DNA from: Spirochaetota bacterium
Lineage (GTDB): Bacteria; Spirochaetota; UBA4802; UBA5550
Direction: 5' to 3'
Assembly: GCA_038241375.1 (NCBI GenBank)
Contig: JBBRFT010000003.1
Coordinates: 1 to 43,508 of the forward strand
DNA length: 43,508 nt
In this document: piece after piece, positions 37,399 through 43,508 of the stretch
Layout: the number at the start of each line of letters is the position of its first letter
Position numbering within the stretch: the first letter of the stretch is position 1
The notes under the pieces: generated by a model
What the model saw: the letters and a program-made list of their open reading frames with translations, nothing else
Database searches by the model: none
What the model was told of the DNA's origin: nothing
Made by a program: the position numbers and the translations under genes

Positions 37399-37584
37399 AT
37401 GATGAATTTAATGCAAACTATACATCAGCTGCCCAGAAGTTAAAAACTTCAGATAATGGAATATCTCTGGAAAGAGCTGTCTGAAGAGGAAATTAAATTT
37501 GAATCACCTGAATGGCACAAAAAAGCTCTCGCCGATACAGAAGCAAGAATGGTACAGGGAAAAGAGGAAGTGCCTTACGCATAA
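37399..37584 (+). pseudogene. Addiction-module antitoxin (TIGR02574-like) pseudogene
   Basis: MMNLMQTIHQLPRS*KLQIMEYLWKELSEEEIKFESPEWHKKALADTEARMVQGKEEVPYA. TAA at 37441 where EKL is expected; LW..L and SPEWH motifs; no downstream RelE/ParE gene. Confidence 0.75.
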
Positions 37585-37602
37585 GAGCCCTGCAATATTA
37601 AT

Positions 37603-37643
37603 TTGACTTATCTTAATAATGACATTATAATGTCATTATTAAG
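37603..37643 (+). promoter_or_regulatory. Sigma70 promoter overlapped by a perfect 32-bp palindromic operator
   Basis: TTGACT (37603-37608)-N17-TATAAT (37626-37631); palindrome CTTAATAATGACATTA|TAATGTCATTATTAAG (37612-37643). Confidence 0.85.
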
Positions 37644-37661
37644 TCATAGAGGGGGCGTCTC

Positions 37662-37886
37662 GTGAATTTTCTCCAGTTTACAGATTTCAGAAATAACTCA
37701 AAAGAATACTTTGACAAAGTTGAGCATGGGAGCTCTTTTATTATTGTACGGAAAGGGAAACCTGTCGCAAAACTTATCCCTTTTAATGAAACCGAACCTG
37801 GCTGGAAGAGAGAGAATCAAAAAGTTGTATTGAAATCGGGAAAGACTACTTTAGATTATATTTTAGAAGAAAGAAATGATAAATGA
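37662..37886 (+). CDS. Phd/YefM-family antitoxin
   Basis: FTDFRNN..EYFDKVE.G..FIIVRKGKPVAKLIP; ATGA overlap with the toxin. Confidence 0.9.
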   Translation: MNFLQFTDFRNNSKEYFDKVEHGSSFIIVRKGKPVAKLIPFNETEPGWKRENQKVVLKSGKTTLDYILEERNDK

Positions 37887-38308
37887 ATATTTTCTGTGAC
37901 ACATCTGCTCTTATTAAAAAATATATATCAGAAACAGGTTCTGAAAAGTTTGAGAAAATACTGAGTAAGACAGATAAAATCTATGTATCTGCTATTACTG
38001 AAATAGAGACTATTTCGACTTTTAAACGGCTATTTACTGAAAAAGCAATTGATAAAAATGAATTTGATATGATAGTAAAAGACTTTGAAACTGATTATCA
38101 GTTTTTTTCAGTAGTATCAATCGATAGCTATGTAATTAAGCACGCATTAAAAATGATTAATCAGTATCAGCTGAAAACACTGGATTCAATTCAACTCGGC
38201 ACAGCGGTCTTTTTAGAAAGTGAGATAGATTTATTTGTGGCCTGTGACGAAAAATTGATAAAAACTGCATTAAAAGAGAAAATTAAAGTAATTAATCCGA
38301 ATAAATAA
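37883..38308 (+). CDS. vapC: VapC/PIN toxin
   Basis: FCDTSALIKKY, ITEIE, LKTLDSIQLGTA and FVACD; acidic tetrad intact. Confidence 0.9.
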   Translation: MNIFCDTSALIKKYISETGSEKFEKILSKTDKIYVSAITEIETISTFKRLFTEKAIDKNEFDMIVKDFETDYQFFSVVSIDSYVIKHALKMINQYQLKTLDSIQLGTAVFLESEIDLFVACDEKLIKTALKEKIKVINPNK

Positions 38309-38550
38309 TCTTAAATTTAAATGAGAAAGTGAATTTTGTTGATCTGAAAAATTTATCCCCAATGTCCGGATCTTGATTTGTAGAATTTTAATGTTCATCT
38401 GATTCGTTGGCGCGCAGAATGCTACTTGCCAACGGCTTCACAATAAGAATAATCTGCTAATCCTAAAAATCCTAATCCTGACAGATAAAAACCTTGACAA
38501 TGCTCCCCCTTTAAAAATATTGATTTAGTATTCAGCAGAATATATATATG

Positions 38551-38624
38551 GGGTGATTAGCTCAGTTGGTTAGAGCGCCTGCTCGACATGCAGGAGGTCA
38601 CTGGTTCGAATCCAGTATCACCCA
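38551..38624 (+). tRNA. tRNA-Val (GAC)
   Basis: Acceptor GGGTGAT/ATCACCC plus discriminator A; D arm GCTC/GAGC; anticodon arm CCTGC-TCGACAT-GCAGG; T arm ACTGG-TTCGAAT-CCAGT. CCA not encoded. Confidence 0.95.
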
Positions 38625-38697
38625 GAGTTTCCTTCGTCTTTCGTTTTGAAATAGGTAATCCTGCAGAAAAAGCAAATTAACACCTGGAGACAATCAA

Positions 38698-40614
38698 TTG
38701 AGCAATATAACAATTACATTACCCGATAAAAGTAAAAGAGAAGTAGAAAAAGGTACTACACTTTATGATTTTACCGGACAGATCGGTAAAGGTTTGCAGA
38801 AAGCTGCTCTTGCTGCAGAGATTGATGGAATAGCATTTGATCTTACAACTCCCGTCAATGCAGATTGTGAAGTTAACATTATCACATTCGATTCTGAAAA
38901 AGGGAAGGATATCTTCTGGCATTCCGCGTCGCACCTTATGGCGCAGGCTGTGAAAAGGCTTTACCACGATGCGAAATTTGCAATAGGACCATCTATTGAA
39001 AACGGTTTTTATTACGATATAGATATGAAGAAATCCCTTACTCCGGAAGATCTCACTGCGATTGAAACAGAAATGTCAAAGATCGTGGAAGAGAAACTTG
39101 TAGTCAAAAGAGAGGAGATGACCCGCAGTGAAGCTCTTGAATACTTCGGGAAGCTTAACGAAATATACAAGACTGAGCTTATCGAAGCTCTACCTGAAGG
39201 GAATGTTTCGCTCTACCGTCAAGGCGAGTTTGCAGATATGTGCCGCGGACCTCATGTAATGAATACAGAAGTTTTAAAAGCAGTAAAACTTCTCTCTATA
39301 GCCGGAGCATACTGGCGCGGAGATGAAAAGAATAAAATGCTTCAGCGTATATACGGAATTGCATTCCCGGATCCGAAGGCTCTTGCAAAACACCTTGAAT
39401 TTCTCGAAGAGGTAAAAAAAAGAGACCACCGCAAGCTCGGTAAAGAACTCGATCTTTTCAGCACTCATGAAGATGTTGGAGGGGGACTTATCTACTGGCA
39501 TCCAAAAGGTGGAAGGCTAAGAACAAACATCGAAGACTGGTGGAGAAAAGAACACTTTAAGAACGGATATGAAATTCTATATACTCCTCACATCGGGCGG
39601 GCGCACCTCTGGGAGACTTCTGGTCACTTGGGTTTTTATGCTGAAAATATGTATGCACCTATGGAGATAGACGGTAACGAATATTATTTAAAACCGATGA
39701 ACTGTCCCTTTCATATAAAGATATATCAGACCTCACTTCATTCATACAGAGATCTTCCTTTAAGATGGGCAGAGCTTGGAACTGTTTACAGATACGAAAA
39801 ATCAGGTGTACTCCACGGTCTTCTTAGAGTCCGCGGATTTACTCAGGATGATGCGCATATAATATGTACACCCTCACAGATCGATGAAGAGATACGTGAA
39901 GTTTTACGTTTCTCACTATGGATGTGGAAAACTCTCGGTTTTACAGATATTAAGGCATATCTCGCGACCAAGCCTGAAAAGAGCGTTGGCGAACCTGAAA
40001 GATGGGTTACTGCACAGGAATCTCTCCGCAAGGCAATTGAAGCGGAGAATCTTGTAGTCGAAATGGATGAAGGTGGTGGAGCATTCTACGGCCCCAAAAT
40101 CGATTTAAAGATAAGAGACGCATTGGGGAGAGAGTGGCAGATGACCACAATCCAGTTCGATTTTAATCTCCCCGACAGATTCGACATGTCATTTGTCGGA
40201 GAGGACGGGCAGAAGCACAGGCCATATGTTGTTCATCGTGCTCTTCTCGGCTCAATTGAAAGATTCACCGGAATACTTATTGAACATTACGCCGGGAAAT
40301 TCCCTGCATGGTTCTCTCCGCTCCATGCAATTCTGATCAATGTATCAGAAGAGCAGAAGGATTTCGTCAATAAAGTAAAAGCAGATATGATCGAAATGGA
40401 GCTCCGTCCCGAGACAGATCTTCGTAATGAATCTATGGGATATAAAATACGTGAAGCTGTATCACAGAAAGCACCATACGTTTGTGTTTTCGGGAAAAAT
40501 GAAATAGAAAACAATTCCGTTTCAGTTCGAAAGCGTGGTGAAAAAGATTCAGTAACAATGAAGCTTGAAGAATTTTATACTCTGTTGAAAGAGGATATAG
40601 CGCTTAAAAGATAG
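38698..40614 (+). CDS. thrS: Threonine--tRNA ligase
   Basis: TGS domain, HSASHLMAQA, CRGPH, KPMNCPFH, RVRGFTQDDAH and HRALLGSIERF; TTG start with GGAG RBS. Confidence 0.98.
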   Translation: MSNITITLPDKSKREVEKGTTLYDFTGQIGKGLQKAALAAEIDGIAFDLTTPVNADCEVNIITFDSEKGKDIFWHSASHLMAQAVKRLYHDAKFAIGPSIENGFYYDIDMKKSLTPEDLTAIETEMSKIVEEKLVVKREEMTRSEALEYFGKLNEIYKTELIEALPEGNVSLYRQGEFADMCRGPHVMNTEVLKAVKLLSIAGAYWRGDEKNKMLQRIYGIAFPDPKALAKHLEFLEEVKKRDHRKLGKELDLFSTHEDVGGGLIYWHPKGGRLRTNIEDWWRKEHFKNGYEILYTPHIGRAHLWETSGHLGFYAENMYAPMEIDGNEYYLKPMNCPFHIKIYQTSLHSYRDLPLRWAELGTVYRYEKSGVLHGLLRVRGFTQDDAHIICTPSQIDEEIREVLRFSLWMWKTLGFTDIKAYLATKPEKSVGEPERWVTAQESLRKAIEAENLVVEMDEGGGAFYGPKIDLKIRDALGREWQMTTIQFDFNLPDRFDMSFVGEDGQKHRPYVVHRALLGSIERFTGILIEHYAGKFPAWFSPLHAILINVSEEQKDFVNKVKADMIEMELRPETDLRNESMGYKIREAVSQKAPYVCVFGKNEIENNSVSVRKRGEKDSVTMKLEEFYTLLKEDIALKR

Positions 40615-40636
40615 CTAATGAGACAGTCCCCTCTCA

Positions 40637-40755
40637 AAAGCCCCCGCACCCCCGAAGGGGGCAAAGATGAGGAGATGGTTAAATAAGATTTTTTAGAATA
40701 TTTTTCTAAAGATGTAATCTTTTAAGTCCCCCTCCGGGGGATTTAAGGGGCTGGT
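40637..40755. repeat. C/G-run bipartite palindromic element (family B, copy 2)
   Basis: AAGCCCCCGCACCCCCGAAGGGGGC...GTCCCCCTCCGGGGGATTTAAGGGGCTGG. Confidence 0.6.
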
Positions 40756-40936
40756 AAACTTAGGGGTGTGGAAAGATGCTTAAGCGGTTTGGGCAGTAGT
40801 TTTAGATAAATTTGTTATATTCTGAACAAATATTCCCCAAATACCGAAAAAATATCTGATAAAATGAATTTTTTATTGATTTTAATAGCCCTGTTCAATC
40901 ATCCTGACGTTAAAGATATTTTCCGGGGGTACGACA

Positions 40937-41482
40937 ATTTTGCAGAATAAAGGTAAGGCATCCAATAAGGATAAATTTGACAAATTCAGGATTAACGAAG
41001 AGATAATTGCTGAAAATGTCAGACTGGTAGGTGAAGAGGGTGAGCCTGTTGTAATAGCACTAAGTGCGGCTCTTGCGATCGCCAGAGAGAAAAGTTTAGA
41101 TCTTGTTGAGATTACCGCAAACCAGGAACTTCCGGTTGTTAGGATTATCGACTACAGTAAGTTTAAATTTGATCAGATTAAAAAGGCGAAAGAAGCCAAG
41201 AAAAAACAGAAGATCGTTCATATCAAAGAGATTAAGATGCGGCCTGCTATTGATGATAATGATTTTCAACATAAAGTAAATAGAGCAAAAGATTTTCTTG
41301 AAAAGGGAGATAAGGTAAAGTTTACATTGATGTTCAGAGGGCGTGAGATGGTTCACCCTGAACTCGGTTTTGAGGTAATGGAGAAGGTTCAGGAAGTATT
41401 GAAAGATATCGGTGCTATTGAAAAAAGACCTATCCAGGAAGGAAGAAATATTACAATGTACATGACGCCTGTATCGAAGTAA
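40937..41482 (+). CDS. infC: Translation initiation factor IF-3
   Basis: RINEEI, LDLVEI, DYSKFKF, KEIKMRP, GDKVK and FRGRE motifs. Non-ATG start: ATT 40937 or TTG 40940, after a GGGGGT RBS. Confidence 0.96.
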   Translation: MLQNKGKASNKDKFDKFRINEEIIAENVRLVGEEGEPVVIALSAALAIAREKSLDLVEITANQELPVVRIIDYSKFKFDQIKKAKEAKKKQKIVHIKEIKMRPAIDDNDFQHKVNRAKDFLEKGDKVKFTLMFRGREMVHPELGFEVMEKVQEVLKDIGAIEKRPIQEGRNITMYMTPVSK

Positions 41483-41539
41483 AGAGAAGCTGTAATATAG
41501 ATATAAAAAATGCAATTATGAGAAAGAAGGGGTAACGAT

Positions 41540-41737
41540 ATGCCTAAGATGAAGACAAACAGCGGCGCTAAAAAAAGATTTTCAATAACAAAAAACGGGA
41601 AGGTTAAATGCGCAAAGGCATATGCCCGTCATATTCTTGAACACAAATCTCCGAAGCAGAAGAGAAGATTAAGAGGTACAACTGTAGTATCGGTAGCTGA
41701 AGTGGCAAAAGTTAAAAGACTGCTGCCTTACGGATAA
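41540..41737 (+). CDS. rpmI: 50S ribosomal protein L35
   Basis: MPKMKTNSGAKKRF...HIL..KS.KQKRRLR...LLPY. Confidence 0.97.
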   Translation: MPKMKTNSGAKKRFSITKNGKVKCAKAYARHILEHKSPKQKRRLRGTTVVSVAEVAKVKRLLPYG

Positions 41738-41790
41738 AATGATAATAAGCTAATAATAACAATTTTCAGTAATTAAAAAAGAGGAAAACA

Positions 41791-42144
41791 ATGGCAAGAG
41801 CTACAACAGGAAGAATCCACCAGAAAAGAAAAAGAAGAGTTCTTAAAGATGTAAAAGGATATAGAGGCGCAAGAAGTAAGCTTTTCAGAACTGCTAAAGA
41901 CGCGAGAAGAAGAGCATTACAGAATTCATATATACACAGAAGATTGAAGAAGAGAGATTTTCGTTCACTCTGGATTATGAGAATTAATGCAGCTGCCCGT
42001 GCTTGCGGTATGTCATACAGCAGACTGATCGGTGCATTAAAGGTTGGTCATATTGATATTAACAGAAAGATGCTCGCTGAAATAGCTGTTAGAGATATGG
42101 ACGCGTTCAGAAAAATTGTTGAGAATGTAAAAAAGGTCGCATAA
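41791..42144 (+). CDS. rplT: 50S ribosomal protein L20
   Basis: KGYRGARS, KKRDFRSLWIMRINAAAR and INRKMLAEIA motifs. Confidence 0.98.
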   Translation: MARATTGRIHQKRKRRVLKDVKGYRGARSKLFRTAKDARRRALQNSYIHRRLKKRDFRSLWIMRINAAARACGMSYSRLIGALKVGHIDINRKMLAEIAVRDMDAFRKIVENVKKVA

Positions 42145-42161
42145 AATATATCAGTTTTAAA

Positions 42162-43067
42162 ATGAAAAACTTTTTATTCAAAATAAACAGCACCATATTT
42201 CTGGTGCTGTTTTGTTTATCCGGGGCATTTTCACTTCCGCTTACACGTACTGTTTATACTCTCCCTGAAGAGAAAATTGATCTGGCTTTTAATCAGGAGC
42301 TGATTTATATTAAAAATATGAACCGGGTGGATAATTTTGTATTTAATATTGGTCTGCCCATGGATACATCCTTCGGCTTCGATTTCTCTGTCATTCATTA
42401 TGATTACAAAGAGGCTGGCGGCGGCGTACCCGGTGATATTCTTTTTAATATTTGGCATTTTATCGGAGATTATTATGGTGGAGCAGTCAGTTCCGGATTA
42501 AGTATTGTTGTAAGAATCCCCACCGGGCCTGATGCGTATGTCGATGAAAGAATCCGTAATTTATCATATGGTCATAGTGAACTGAAGTTTTCACCTGTTT
42601 TATTTTTTTCTCTTTCTCAATATGAGAATCTCTCATTTAATCTCAGCTATACGTTCAGGGAGGGGAGAGGTGAGGATATTTACAGCACTTTAAAGCTGAA
42701 TCCTTTTAACAGCGAATCATATAAATCGGTATTCGGGTTGAACCCTTACTCCAAAGACTCTTTTTTGGAAGGCGAAAAACTTAAAAATGATTACGCTTCT
42801 ATCTCCATGGGGTTTATTACATCCAGGCTTTATCCTTGGATATTTTTTAGTGAAATTTACTATTCATCGGGGTTTTACAATAAAAATTGCGGTGCAGAGA
42901 GCATCAATATTGAGGGGGACGGTGTAAATCCTCTTCTTCTTTCCATGGGAATTAAATACTTCTTCTCCGGATCCTTTTTTATTCAGCTTTCAGATACTGC
43001 AGCTTTATTGCAGTATCAGGGATATATTAAAAATAGGGTAGAATTAAGCTTGAATATATTTTTTTAA
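42162..43067 (+). CDS. Hypothetical exported protein, probable outer-membrane beta-barrel
   Basis: Signal peptide, alternating aromatic/hydrophobic strands and a C-terminal Phe (VELSLNIFF). Confidence 0.65.
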   Translation: MKNFLFKINSTIFLVLFCLSGAFSLPLTRTVYTLPEEKIDLAFNQELIYIKNMNRVDNFVFNIGLPMDTSFGFDFSVIHYDYKEAGGGVPGDILFNIWHFIGDYYGGAVSSGLSIVVRIPTGPDAYVDERIRNLSYGHSELKFSPVLFFSLSQYENLSFNLSYTFREGRGEDIYSTLKLNPFNSESYKSVFGLNPYSKDSFLEGEKLKNDYASISMGFITSRLYPWIFFSEIYYSSGFYNKNCGAESINIEGDGVNPLLLSMGIKYFFSGSFFIQLSDTAALLQYQGYIKNRVELSLNIFF

Positions 43068-43350
43068 TTATAATACTTTTATCATTCTGCTTGACGCATT
43101 TCGCATTTTAAGTATATTATACAAATGAGTTTATCTTTAAATTTCAATGTTTAATATTATTTTTTTAAAGATATGAAGTGTAAGTTTTTATAACTCCACG
43201 TCAGTAATAATATATCAATGTTAATGACTTTGTGTCTTTATTCCGATATATATTAGTAGAGATTGTTGTTTCAACGAAATGATAAGAAATGAAAATTAAA
43301 GCTTATTAAAGTGAATCGATTTAAATGAAGAAAATAACCGGAGGTAATAT

Positions 43351-43508
43351 ATGATTACTATGCAGCAACTTGAAGAACTCGAAAGCAGGGTGATAAAAGC
43401 TTTACATCTTATTGGCGATTTGAGAACTGAAAATTCAAAGTTGGAAAATGACAATGAGTCCTTGAAAGGGGAGGTTGAGGAGGTAAAGCTTACTCTGGAA
43501 GAGAAAGA
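43351..43508 (+). CDS. Coiled-coil protein, ZapB-like cell division factor (runs off the window)
   Basis: GGAGGT RBS; MITMQQLEELESRVIKALHLIGDLRTENSKLENDNESLKGEVEEVKLTLEEK...; heptad pattern and LE.rV..Al..I..Lr.En motif. Confidence 0.65.
   Translation, partial: MITMQQLEELESRVIKALHLIGDLRTENSKLENDNESLKGEVEEVKLTLEEK

Noticed and set aside
38405-38434. Integron attC site (cgttggc...gccaacg)
   Set aside because: Arms are in the opposite order to a single attC (GTT before AAC), the match to GTTRRRY is imperfect, the element is short and no integrase is present.
38455-38484. AATCCT-type short tandem repeat (aatctgctaatcctaaaaatcctaatcctgaca)
   Set aside because: Only three or four degenerate units; too little to call a repeat family or CRISPR from this window.
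36341-38700. Prophage or integrative element at tRNA-Val
   Set aside because: No integrase, no phage genes and no duplicated tRNA 3' end (att) seen; the TA genes lie on the 5' side of the tRNA.

Overview
AT-rich bacterial chromosomal segment, mostly housekeeping. Gene content and order (hrcA-grpE-dnaK-dnaJ, thrS-infC-rpmI-rplT-ORF-zapB-like, membrane-anchored AraC and SpoIIE proteins, BMP lipoprotein) suggest a Spirochaetota genome, probably Leptospirae-related; this is inference. It contains a purine/nucleoside uptake cluster (xpt, BMP, ABC ATPase, two permeases, DMT, radical SAM) with two structured intergenic regions. It also holds an RNB exoribonuclease, an ECF sigma/anti-sigma pair, tyrS, a heat-shock operon with a perfect CIRCE, a lipid module (AraC, FadD, patatin), a partly decayed toxin-antitoxin patch beside tRNA-Val(GAC), and several short palindromic repeat families. 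The most unusual items are: (1) a QueH epoxyqueuosine reductase fused in frame to an Smr nuclease domain, downstream of a Cys/His-rich unknown ORF; (2) a multi-stem candidate RNA ahead of the nucleoside-binding lipoprotein; (3) a UvrD-type helicase lacking domain 2B; (4) a probable PP2C pseudophosphatase sensor; (5) three small ORFs and two single-stop pseudogenes missed by the ORF track. No CRISPR array, integrase, transposase or rRNA was seen. All family calls come from motif recognition by eye; no searches were run.
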